Shown here one piece after another: positions 39,755-52,177 of a DNA stretch of 64,000 bases (within the stretch, counting starts at the first letter, position 1; every line of letters begins with the position of its first letter). The position numbers and the translations under genes are program-made. Below the pieces are notes generated by a model. The model searched no databases, was not told the DNA's origin, and worked only from the letters and a program-made list of their open reading frames with translations. Location: assembly GCA_012295275.1 (NCBI GenBank), contig CM022674.1:9734001-9798000 (forward strand), in the 5' to 3' direction. Source of the stretch: Chrysomallon squamiferum. Lineage: Eukaryota > Animalia > Mollusca.

Positions 39755-42700
39755 TATATATAGATATATAGTATGGATTTTTTATTTTCCTATTTAAGCT
39801 GTATATAAAAAATTGAAATTAATGGTATTGCTATACACTGAAGAGAAAAAATATAAAATCATTAAATAGAAAGAAACTTTAGGCAATTATATCAGGGATA
39901 GATTTATAAGTTAGAGAAAACATTACTTTACTTACAGTGATTGGGTTCATGTTTGTTAAAATATTGATGTATTGTAAATGATATACTGGAACTTTTGTTT
40001 GCTTACCTCACCTTCAATTGTTATTCCAAACTTAGAGCAAGCAGAATAGAAAGCTTCATTCATTTTCAGCATTTCATCACTAATAATTAGCTGTAATTTG
40101 TGTGGAACAAAAACAAACAAACAAACAAATAGATAAATAGAAACACTGTAACAGTCATATCACCCTTCCAGGTAGAAATTAACAGCTGAAATGAACTAAT
40201 TTAAATAAACTGACATATTAGCTACAAAGTGCATCAGTATTACATTTATATATATATAATGATATATACTTTAATAATGCAAAGCATCAAAAAGAAAAAA
40301 AATGAAAATATAAAAAAAAAATTGTTCAGTGTTAACTTATCTCCATTATTTTACAAATCCACATATAATAATTAACTTCAAAAATGTCTAATTTGGTAAA
40401 TATAAAAATATTTTTAAAAACCAACAATCCTAATGCAAAACAATATCAATTGTTGGTAAAATAACTGACATGTTAATAAGTTAAGTTCATGAATAAGTTA
40501 AACATTGGTCTTTATAAATAATCAGTCAATAAGTAGTTAGCTGAATATTAGCTGAGTATAAAACAAAGTAAAGTGTATTACAATATGAGTCCATCTTCTT
40601 GACACAGCATCTGACAGTGTATCTTTTATTATGGTTTCTTCATCCCAGCACACACGGTTAAAGTAAGGATAGAATTTCTGAAACAAAAAACAGTCTCTGT
40701 AGTCTGCATGCACAAAACATCTGTCAGTTCTTGATGTAATAAAAAATTATATTTAAAGTATTTAACAACTAAATTACCCAGGTAATATAAAATAAAAATA
40801 AATTATTTTTCTTTGTTTTTCTCTTTTTTGTTAATTAGAATGTTTTATACATAATGAACATCAAGTATATTTGTTTTCACTATGGTTTTAATTCAAGTTT
40901 ATAAAAAAAAAAAAAGAAAAGAGAAAAAGACTACAAACAAAATGAATCACATAACTGATAATTAGAATAAAAGAAATTTGTTTTCAGTGTAGATCCAGCA
41001 TTTTGATAATTATTTTTATAATAAACAATAATGATGTCATTTAATTCCTATGCCAAATGTAAAAAAAAAAGTCACTATTGTAAAAAAATAGTAACAAAAA
41101 ATAAAATTTAATAAATCCAGAAATAAATATTTTATATTTGTATTTGTTAAATAAATTATTTCTATGAAAGAACATCAATATCGATATATCTTCTCTTCTG
41201 AAATATTTCAATAAAAATATCTTATTTACTTTGTAATAAATTTCTGTTACCTTATTTGCAAATTCTTTCTTTGTTTCATGCAGAGCAATTGCTGGAAGTT
41301 CTTCATAGTTGAGAAGAGGACTAATTCTTTCTGTTAGAAAGTTTCTGCCTAAACCAATTATTCCTCGGATTCTTTCATTAGGATTATTCTGTTCATATAA
41401 GACGTCTATTATGCAATGTTTCTTAACATATCACGGTAAACAAATTACTGACAAAATATTACACATAAACAGACATAGCATCAAGAGAAAATGAAATATT
41501 TGTATACACTAAATAATGTCATTATGGTGCAGGATCTCAAAAATTATATGATTATCTGCTACACACATTCTTAGTGAGGTACTCATATCAAAATATTGAT
41601 GCTAGATCAGAATAAATCCTTTTAAAAAAGCTTTATTACTAAATTAAAGATGCCTGATATCTTAATAAATATTATAACTTAACAAAACATTTACAGTTTA
41701 TTGCACAAGTACTGTATGTAACCAATAAAAAGTTACAAGTACATACACGTCTTTTAACTTTTTATAATTGTAAGATAATACTTTAATGGCGCAACAGGAA
41801 CACTCATATAAAAAACACATCATGCTATTCACACACACACACACACACACAATAAATAAATGAATGATAAAATAGTATAATAGTGACTTCTTTCTTTTTA
41901 AAGTATAATGAAATCCTAATATTATAATGATTATTTCCAAACCATAGCTGTTTGACTTTAGGGTTAGACAACTGAAAACAAATTTAATACTTTTCCATGG
42001 TAAATCATTTTTCTCAACTGTCCAACTGTGTGTGCCACATTTACTTTGTTATCATAAATCTTCACAATTAGTCTCCTCCCTTAAACAAAGAGATATTAAG
42101 GTTTTAAAGGAAACATGAATATTATTTTACAAACATTATTTTAATATTTAGAATATTTGACTGTTTAATTATTCAAGTTCTTACACTATTTCTTTGACAC
42201 ATATCTAATAAAATAAACATATTAATGTTGACAGATTTCACAGTTTTAAAGATATCAGAAAATAATATTAATTTAGTAAATCCTTTACATTTCCTCAACC
42301 TCTCCCCACACCAGTTGATGTACCAAAACTAGTTTTGAGCAGATAATTTGTTATCATGGATTTTACTGAAAAGTTGTAAACAATCATCTCAAATATTAAC
42401 TAATATAACTTCATATGCTTTCAATATTCATAAAAACAACGTGCCTACCTTCCAAAATTTCACTGTGTATATCTTTACTGAACACATTCCTCTGATTTCC
42501 TCTAAATATATAGCTATGTGTGTGATTTACAGCATTGCCTGGTAGGTCAAAATATTCTATAGCATCATGAAAATCTAGTGAATTGTCATTTTGTAATTCT
42601 GTTATCTGGCCATTAGGAAAATTTATTGTCTTCCTATTTGGAAATAAATTTGTAATATTTGGAATTGTTTCTGGATCATCAAAACTGTAATTTACTGATT

Positions 42701-45700
42701 TATCTTTAATGTGTTCAGCTGCTACACGTGAAAAAATATCTTCTTGAAGTTTTTCAGTGTTTCTGTCACTGTAGTGTGCAATGTAAATGTCACCTGTAAA
42801 AACAAAAATGAGTTAGTGCCACATTTGTCACTGACCTATAAAGAGAAATATAGCTCCGAAATACATATTCAGAAGTGTCGCTGAGTAATTCATATAGAGA
42901 AGTCTAGCTGAGTAATTCATATAGAGAAGTGTCGCTGAATAATTAATATAGAGAAGTGTAGCTGTGTAATACATGCAGAGAAGTGTAGCTGAGTAATTCA
43001 TATATAGAAGTGTCACTGAATAATTAATATACAGAAGTGTACCTGAGTAATACATGTAGAGAAGTGTAACTGAGTAATACATATAGAGAAGTGTAGCTGG
43101 GTAATACATGTAGAGAAGTGTAGCTGGATAATACATGTAGAGAAGTGTAGCTGAGTAATTCATATAGAGAAGTGTTGCTGAATAATTAATATAGAGAAGT
43201 GTAGCTGAATAATTAATATAGAGAAGTGTAGCTGAATAATTAATATAGAGAAGTGTAGCTGGGTAATACATGTAGAGAAGTGTAGCTGGATAATACATGT
43301 AGAGAAGTGTAGCTGAGTAATTCATATAGAGAAGTGTCGCTGAATAATTAATATAGAGAAGTGTAGCTGGGTAATACATGTAGAGAAGTGTAGCTGTGTA
43401 ATACATGTAGAGAAGTGTAGCTGAGTAATTCATATAGAGAAGTGTCGCTGAATAATTAATATAGAGAAGTGTAGCTGAGTAATACATGTGGAGAAGTGTA
43501 ACTGAGTAATAGATATAGAGAAGTGTAGCTGGGTAATTCATATAGAGAAATGAAGCTGAGTAATTCATATAGAGAAGTGTAGCTGAGTTATACATGTAGA
43601 GAAGTGTAGCTGGGTAATACATGTAGAGAAGTGTAGCTGGGTAATACATGTAGAGAAGTGTAGCTGGGTAATACATATAGAGAAGTGTAGCTGAGAAATA
43701 CACGTAGATAAGTGTAGCTGAGTAATTCATGTAGATAAGTGTAGCTGAGTAATACATGTAGATAAGTGTAGCTGAGTAATTCATGTAGAGAAATGTAGCT
43801 AGTAGTGCATATGGAGAAATATAACTGAGTAATACATATAGAGAAGTATAACTGAGGTATTCATATAGAGAGTGTAACCAACTAATAATACAAGTAGAGA
43901 AGTATAACTGAGGTACATATAGAGAAGTATAACTGAGTTATACATACTGAAAAGTGTTTTGTTCAGTTAATCTCATGATGTGAAACAACAGTTTATTACA
44001 TTTACATACTATAAATAAAAATACTGTTTGTGATATTTATTTATAAATCTTATGGAAGGAATATCTGTGGCAAGATCTGCTAAAACTTTGTAAAAACTGA
44101 AAATATGTCAGAGATAAAGGCTTTTACCTGAGGATACAATTTTGTTTTAACAGTATCCTATGCAAACGTGTATGTTTTGCAGTGACCCCTGCACATCTTG
44201 CTAGATAGAATACATGTTATAATATTTTCATTATGAATAAATGCCTAATTCAGTTCTTTATGCATCCATGTTATTTTGAGGGGCATCAACCTATCACTTT
44301 TTATAACAAAGATTAACAAAACAAAATACTGAACATCCTATTTTACCTGTTAAATATTTTGTTATTAATTAAAAAAATAATAAATTAACAGAGAGAGTAA
44401 TACACTAGTTTGTAACATATCAGATAAACACAGTCCAATGTAAGACAAAGGAGAGATTTTGATTTCAATGCTAGTCTGGGTTAGAAACTAATGGAATAAA
44501 GTCACTTCTAACTGTTACCTGTGACATTGATTTCATTAGTTCTTTTTGTCTTTATAATTTTATCTTCTCTGTTTATAGCTTCAAAATATAGTCTTACAGC
44601 TTCAATAGGATGGCATATTGAACCAAGAAATACGCCTCTTCCATCTTTCAGTGTGAATGATGAGTCTCTGGAAAGACAAGCTGACTCTGGATCTGTCCGT
44701 GTGACTATATTCTGCAGATAGTGAGGAAAACTAAATTAATAAAACTCTAAGATTCAAAGTTGATCATTATATACATTTTAGAAGATTTAAAATATTTCAT
44801 CCAGCTAATTAAAGACTGATAAAATTTTCTAATGATTTATATATATATATTATTTTTTTACATTTACTTTAAAATAATATTTAGGTTTAAGCACAGCGTA
44901 TTCGTATTAATGTACATATGAAAGGAAATGCTTTTTGTAATGTGTCACCATAGGCATAGTTTTACAATACAATTTCAAACGTTTCTGAACTTTACCAATT
45001 CAGCATCAGGTCTGGAATAGATTCTGTTTCCATTAGAATCTCTTGCTTCTATTACAAGAGATGGATAAAAAGGGAAATTGGCTCCTATTTTCTTAACAAT
45101 GTCTTTTAATGGTGTTAACAAGACCAGAATTCTTGCAGTCTGTTCTAGAAAAAACAAAAACCAAGGAGAGAGAAACAGATCCTTTCATAGAATATTTATC
45201 TGAAAAACAACATTATTTACAAAATATTTATTTATTAGTAGTAAAAATAAATTTAAAACATTAATAATTTTATTTAAAAATATAGATGTTATTAATAATT
45301 AATTTCAAGAATTTTGTTTAAAAGTCTGTCTAATTACATAGTAATGGCTGCATTTTTTTTTTTTATAACCTTTACATGTATCATATACATAATTATATTA
45401 GTTCTTATGATGTAACATAAAACTTATGAGTTATTGGTAGATCTAAAATGTAACATATAAAAGTTATGAGTTATGGGTAGATCTGGGATCATGTAGCTAA
45501 CTTTTAACTTTTCTAAGGCTTGTATTATCATAGCTAAGACTGGTTGCTGTAAGTAAACTGAAAACAAGTACTAGTATTGAGGTAATTTTATTTTTTTAAA
45601 CTAATACTAGTCAATCAAAGTAATTATATTAATTATTAATCATAATAATAATTTTTTTTTTTTTTTTTTTTTTTTTTAATTATTTTTCTGAAGTATTGTT

Positions 45701-46983
45701 AATAAATTAAACATTTTACCTTTAACTATGATGTTATCCCAAAAAAACCCATTGTGGTCTGTGTACTCCGATGTGTTTAACTGTGTGCGTATAGTTCGAT
45801 TGTTGAATATTTGCTTTGATTTTAAAATTTTGTAGAAATAAATAGGTGGATTGCGTCTTCTTGGATCCCTTGCTGGGATCAGAGTGGCCTTTACTCTCAG
45901 CTGTGGATGGGCATCTAAAATTCTGATATTTGTGAATGTCACTTTTCCTGCCCAAGCTCGTTTCCTAATAATTATATTTTTCTTTTCATTGTGTCCCTTA
46001 AAACAAATAAGTATATGTCTAAAATAAAAATTAGTTGCTAAAATGCAAAATATTCTTTGACTATTGTTAATATCAGTGAAATTTCTATTTATATATATAT
46101 ATATACACCTGTCCAAGTAGAATGAAAATATCATTATCAAAAAAAATTATAATAATAATAACCAAAAAAAATTCTGTGTTACTCCAAATAAAAGTGTATT
46201 ATTATATTTTTGATTTAATGGTCTAAATACCACTAACCTTGGTGGACTTTAAAACATGTCTTGATGGTATTGTGAGTTCTACTAATGATGTGGCATCAAG
46301 TCCTTTTCTCACTGTGTTACCACTGATGTCAATAATATTCAGTGATATACTGAATGGATTATTTGCTATGACTACAGTTTTGGGATTTTTTGAAAAGTTT
46401 AGTGTCCAAGCAGGAGCTATAATATTAATACAACTATAAATACATAAAATAAGGCAGAGTAAAATTAACAAAAAGCATTTTAAGATAAATAAAAAAATTG
46501 ATTATTTTGAACACTCAAATATTATTAATTCAACTAATTTCAAGATAAATAAATAAGTAAATAAATTCAAATTTTTAAAATAATAAAAAATATGACATCA
46601 CAAGTATTAGCACTACAGTATAGTTCAGAAATGAATCCAGATGTAATTTAGAGCTCAAAAGGTAGTTATTGTATTTTACTACTATCTATCTTTCTATCTA
46701 TCAGTCTGTCTGTCCGTCTATCTATCTATCTATATATCTATTTATCTGTATATCTATCTTTCAGTCTAACAGTCTGTCCATCTATCTATCTATTTTTCAA
46801 TCTATCAGTCTCTGAACCATCTATCTATATATCTATCTATCTATCTTTCAATCTGTCTGTCTGTCAATCTATCAAGCTGTCTGATATCTGTCTATCTATC
46901 AAGCTGTCTGATATCTGTCTATCTATCAGTCTGTGTCTATCTATCAATCTATCAGTCTGTCTGTCTATCTCTCAATCAATCAA

Positions 46984-47018
<35 letters not shown>

Positions 47019-47294
47019 GTCTATCTATCTATCAATTTATCATTAAAACCATAAACATTATATATATATAAATAAAAAACATACTCTGTACTAAAACTGG
47101 ATTTGTAACATTTACAATTTTAATGTTATTTGGCAAGGTGACCGTGAACTTGAATATCCTTTTGTTTTGTGGTATTATTTTATAATCATAATGATAATGA
47201 AATAAACCATCTGCAACCAGCACACCATCATGTATTGTCAAATATTCATGAAGTACAGTTTCTCTTCCGCTTTCACCACAGTTAAATCTATCAA

Positions 47295-47325
<31 letters not shown>

Positions 47326-48054
47326 AACAAAATAAAATAGAATAAAACAGAATAAAATATAATAACTATCAGTTATACTTGCTTCTTTTTCAATATTTTA
47401 TAATTTAAAGTTGGGAAAATGATTACCTAAGTAATTAATGAATAAATCTTACTTGTAATCTTGCATATTCAAATTTTTCACATTTCTAATTAATTGGCAC
47501 AGCTTTCCTCCTTTATTTTTCCATTTATCAACTGATCCTTTTTTGTTTTTGTACACGTCAACGTCAATAGTTTCTACAGTAAAAGGTAAATTTGCTAATT
47601 TTCCATAATCTGCCTCTGTTACTTGAATGCCATCTTTTATAAAATAGGCAATAATTGGTCTGCTTATTATCTGATTCAGTGGTGCACTGTAAATTTTATT
47701 CAAATCTGATGGAATATGTCTCGGTGGAGAAAAATTTGGTTTGAACACTATATTCATGTTCCCACATGATTTTCCTAAGAGTGAAAAAATAAATAAAAAT
47801 AAAAATAAATAATCAGTTCAATTAATTTTTTATTATTCTTATTTCTGTTCTAATTTTTTTTTTTTTTATTATTGATTTAATAGCAGACATTTAATTAAAA
47901 ACAGCATTTCACTAAAGAAAATATTTTTCATAAAATGTATAAAAATTTAATAACACATTATAGGTGCAGTAGAAACTAATTCTAATTCCACATTTCAGCT
48001 CACTTTAAGAATTTAATATTTGTTTTAGTGCTGTCTGCAAATGATAAATAAGAG

Positions 48055-48092
<38 letters not shown>

Positions 48093-48436
48093 CAAGGAAG
48101 AACCAAATAATAAGCTAATGATGGTCTACACTTTTTAAGACACTCGTAGGTGTAAGGGTACCAAATTTTTCTGACGTACTGTTAATTATGTTCTAAAATT
48201 TTCAAAGTTCATTTGCTGGAAATATGTAATGAATATTCCATTAAAAAATAATAATAGTAATAAATAAATAAATTCATACGCCTACTATTGATACGATGTT
48301 ATTATACTATTATTTACAAAGCACTATTATTTTTTAATAGTATTTTAAATTTATTTTAATCTACTTATTTTTACATAGACATCAATTAGGAAAACATACC
48401 TAGTATCAAAAGGATCAACGGATTCAAAAATAACAT
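25761..48436 (-). CDS. Atypical large receptor (transmembrane) guanylyl cyclase-like protein, about 1,730 aa, 35 exons: signal peptide, 3 Ig-like repeats, ANF/Venus-flytrap domain, 3 EGF repeats, TM, kinase-homology domain, coiled coil, guanylyl cyclase domain
   Basis: Hand-built exons in transcript order: 48400-48436, 47453-47774, 47085-47287, 46238-46416, 45720-45996, 44996-45144, 44519-44711, 42449-42793, 41991-42079, 41251-41388, 40582-40677, 40007-40090, 39501-39634, 38943-39039, 38408-38569, 37701-37820, 37318-37431, 34767-34918, 33932-34135, 33519-33653, 32907-33074, 31939-32086, 31388-31540, 30876-31056, 30633-30705, 30253-30342, 29945-30077, 29543-29644, 28871-28990, 28086-28267, 27688-27827, 27107-27259, 26647-26745, 26211-26302, 25761-25898. 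The sum is 5202 nt, divisible by 3, and all introns are GT-AG. Motifs include [61 protein letters not shown] and [12 protein letters not shown] few boundaries (38408/37820 and the last exon) are less certain. Confidence 0.9.
28871..32086 (-). other. Exons encoding the kinase-homology (pseudokinase) domain of the receptor GC
   Basis: [14 protein letters not shown]...YEYCPKGSLEDIL...GMAYLH...[12 protein letters not shown]...CKISDYG...LFWTAPELL...GDVYSFAII...EEPF...WHEDPETRP. The catalytic HRD Asp is absent, as is usual for receptor-GC kinase-homology domains. Confidence 0.92.
32907..34020 (-). other. Three tandem EGF-like repeats plus the transmembrane helix of the receptor GC
   Basis: CEFGC...[20 protein letters not shown]; [25 protein letters not shown]; [26 protein letters not shown]; then the TM segment [24 protein letters not shown] followed by RRK. 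Confidence 0.92.
35362..37320. repeat. ~39-bp intronic minisatellite (e.g. TTATACTTACTTTTACTGATATATCTTACTTCTGCTGCTG variants), about 2 kb, with higher-order structure
   Basis: Tandem units are directly visible. The array abuts the donor of the receptor-GC exon ending at 37318 and accounts for ORFs 35763..36188 and 36848..37084. Confidence 0.95.
38712..38872 (-). mobile_element. Highly decayed tRNA-derived SINE (possibly MetaSINE-type)
   Basis: The minus strand begins AGCTCAGTGTTAGAGCACTC (tRNA A-box-like) and ends TAAAGATCCATTGCTGCTAA, which from memory resembles the core end of molluscan MetaSINEs. No clear B box is present. Confidence 0.4.
42848..43950. repeat. 27-bp intronic minisatellite (AGAGAAGTGTAGCTGAGTAATTCATAT variants), about 40 copies
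   Basis: A 9-codon periodicity (MNYSATLLY) is seen in ORF 42828..43784. The array lies in receptor-GC intron 42794-44518 and decays toward 43950. Confidence 0.95.
45405..45484. repeat. Short tandem duplication (~39 bp, TGTAACATA..AA.TTATGAGTTAT.GGTAGATCT x2)
   Basis: Two adjacent near-identical copies in a receptor-GC intron. Confidence 0.75.
46680..47033. repeat. Compound (TCTA)n/(TCTG)n tetranucleotide microsatellite
   Basis: Directly visible, intronic. Confidence 0.9.
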
Positions 48437-48900
48437 TTTAATCTGTGCACAACCATAGCTTCAACCTTTTGTACCACCGCAAAAGAAACTTACATACTTA
48501 TTAAATGACATCAAATGATGTCATTTCCTGTTTCACTGTAATTCTCTAAGGCGTTTGTTCACAGGTCAGTGACACCTAATAAACTGAGTTTCCACAATTC
48601 ACCGAGTTTATGTTTCGTATTAGAATAGAATACATTTGAATTTTCTAGTTCATATGGTCATACGTTCTCTCACATTAGTTTTTATTATTATTATTATTAT
48701 TATTTATTTTACTTATTTATTTATAATAAACAACAGCAACATCATCATCAGCAACAACAACGAAAATTATTATTATTATTATTTTATTTATACTGAATTA
48801 TGTTTTTTTATTTTAAATTTTTTATTATTTTTGGTAATCCTGCAGTTATGTCTATCCATTGCTAGCAGAGGTGTGAAATATTTTTTTCTCGATCTTTTTC

Positions 48901-48933
<33 letters not shown>

Positions 48934-50514
48934 TGTTTGTGTGTGTGTGTGTGTGATTACACAAACTTTGTAGACTATCGATCTCTAGATGGAATCCCCA
49001 GTAGCTCAACCATATCCAAGCATGTAAAATTAATAAATAAATATTATCCGTAAAACAAATTCTTTAAAGATAATCATTTCTTTGCCACTTTTCTTCATTA
49101 CTTATGCTCGACATGATTCCTTCCACCTTTGATTTTTGTTTTTGCTCCTCAGTTTCTAGTTCTGTTCTTATATTGATGACATGTGAATAATACTCTGACA
49201 GAGTGAAATTTAGTCTAAACAAAAAACATGATGAAACATTCATTACACTTTAAACAAGAAACCAGCTTAGATAAATAAACATTGGTTAAAACCTGCCAAC
49301 GTACAATTATCAGAAAAGGATAATTTATAATCTTATCTACCAACACAATGAATACTTTAATATGTAATAAACATGGCAGAAGCTTCGTAAGTTTTACGGC
49401 ACAAAGAAATAGTAGCAGAAATATCCGATTTAAAATACTTTAATACTGAATAGAATGGATGATAAATCGGTCTACATTGCAAAATAATTCCAGCCTGACG
49501 TTCTTATTCTCTTGGTCAAACAATATCTTGCTCTCTAGCTATATTCCTCAGAATAAGCTGAACGGCAAAATTATAAAACAAATAACAGAGAATAAATGTT
49601 TTTCACTGTAATAATAATAATATAATTTCCTCTGAACACTTTTACCTCAGATCAGCGGACGCGGACAGCATTTTTAAAATTATTATTCCACTGATTCTGT
49701 TTTCTCCAAAATAATATTTTGTTTTAAGGAGGCTTTATACGATATTTTATAAGGTGGAGTCACCTGTTGTTAGTTCAACACATTTGGTATATACTTTTGG
49801 TGAAGTAGAGATTCCCAAGCTGGATTGGTCGAAAGGTACAGTCTAGAATGTAATAGTGCACAAGCCTCGAAAGTGCACAGATATTTCTAATCACTGTCTT
49901 CGTCTGCTGATAAACCTAATATGTATGTACGTATTTATTTATTACACAGAAGAAAAATGTCTGAGGCAAACTACAGTTTTATTTTGTTTGATAGTTATGA
50001 AGATAACAGTTTCCAATATATATAAATAATAAACAACAACAACAATAAAATAACAACAACTAAACCAGTAAACCACATAAATTATTGATACATTTGTCTA
50101 ATCAGTTGCTTATCTCGAGCTATAATAATAATTATTATTATTCATTCATTTATTCATTCATTTGTAGCTTATTATGTAATGTTATTGTATAATAAAGGAA
50201 TAAAAAAAAAAAAAAAGAAGAAGAACACACCAGAAACCCGTTACATACGTAATTAAGCATTTTGATATGTTACAGTTCACGTTTGTTTTGTTGTAACTTA
50301 CTAATGTCTTAATTCCATTAAGTATACATGTATAAATACGTTTACTAAATAAAATAAGTAACTGTTAAATAAGACATCTTATTCAGTTGCATAAATAACT
50401 ATCGCGTTATAAAGCAAAAGAAGAAAAACAAAAGAACCCTCTAACATTATCCACTGTTCAAAGTGAATATATGATAACAAAGAATTTGGAATCACGTAGA
50501 ATTAAATTCTACAG

Positions 50515-52124
50515 TCAGTCAGTCCAGAGTAGCGTCCCTTTTTCTCGTTTCTCTGCAAATTCTTTCAACATTGCTACCGTTGCATTTCGTCCTTGCTAGA
50601 AAATAAATAATAATAATAAATTAAAAAGATGAAGATACTTTAAAGGTAACCTCCCAATAGTCATACCTGCCTACAGTATACAGTTTAAAACAACAAAGTT
50701 TAAGGCTCACATGGAACACTACCTCGTTACGCACTGTAATAATGTCAGAACGGACAGTAAAATGTGAAATCTGTTAATTTTATTGAGATTTACGAGTATT
50801 CCGATAAATTTCGTCATCCGATCTCAGTTAATATATTTAATAATACCTAAATAACGGATTCATATTATTCAAAATAATATCTAAAAGCACTTAATATGTA
50901 ATACACATTACGGGATCATACATATTACTTAAAATAATACTTTAAAAAAGTGTATATTTTACTATACATGATCAAAACATGCTTTCGTTGGTAACTTATT
51001 ATCACAGTCCGTCAAACTGCTCTGCTCTGGAGGATTACCTCTCTGGCCCGCTTTCGCATAGTGCTGAGGAACTTCAGACGCTCTCAGTCTTGAGGTGGGT
51101 AGGTGTGGTCTATAGTGTTTCTGACGTGATGACGAACGGTAGTGCATCTTCCATTGAAAAAAATTAACGTGCTAATCAGAGCAAGCTGTTGTGAAGCACG
51201 TTATGCCATGATTTGACATTCCACAGTTAAATATATGTCCAAATGTCTCAAAAGCTACTAACTGAATAAACTCATTATAATCTGAGAACAGTACTTCACA
51301 ATTGGAATTCTCTCTAAAAAATTATTATTTTTATATCTTATTGCTATACCAAAATATGTCTCCTTCAAAGTCCTCCTATTTAAGAGCAGCATCTCCACAC
51401 AGGGGTGCCCAACTTACTTACTGCTTGGCTGCTTTCCAAATTGTATGACTACTGACCATAAAACTGTGGGAGGATACCCTCTGGAGCAGTCCAGTTAAGC
51501 ATATAGATCGAATTTCCGATTGGTCGAAACATAAGTACTTGTCTGTGAACACAACCTAATTATCTGTGAGGTTAATGAACTGGTCGTCATTGGTCATCTT
51601 TTGAAACTTTTTGTATAGTGCTCACTTTCTTTTAGAAAACCTAGACCATTTGTTATATCCATAACATTTTTTATTCCAGTCAGCCTTTACTTTCTAAATT
51701 AGAGTTCGTCGTTTTTTTGTCTAATAAATGTACAGGATTTATTTTAATTTATTTTGTTTATATGTAGCTTACCCGTATCATAAAGTCAATATCACCATCT
51801 TCAAGCTTAGAGATAATGTTTACGTAGTCTGTGTCTATACCAACAATCCTCTGAATGTCGTCACCCTGACAAAGCAAATGCAGATATAGTAACAACAACC
51901 ACGAAAAACCTGTTTCACTACTGATTGTTCAGAAAACCGAATGTTATAAATTAAACTGGTGAGAATTTTAAAGCGACTATCGAATATAAGATAGACGGAC
52001 GATAATTTTCCTTCATACTGTTAATAATAATAACAATAATAAATAGTTTTAAAAAATAATAAAATAATAATGATGCTCATTAGAACAAACCAAATATATT
52101 ACGAAAAATTTAATGATGTTCATT

Positions 52125-52177
<53 letters not shown>

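Noticed and set aside
51400-51485. Short hAT-like MITE (CAGGGGTGCCCAAC...)
   Set aside because: The right TIR matches poorly and no 8-bp TSD is visible. The same applies to the GAGGCGGATCTAG-initiated segment at ~22260-22430.
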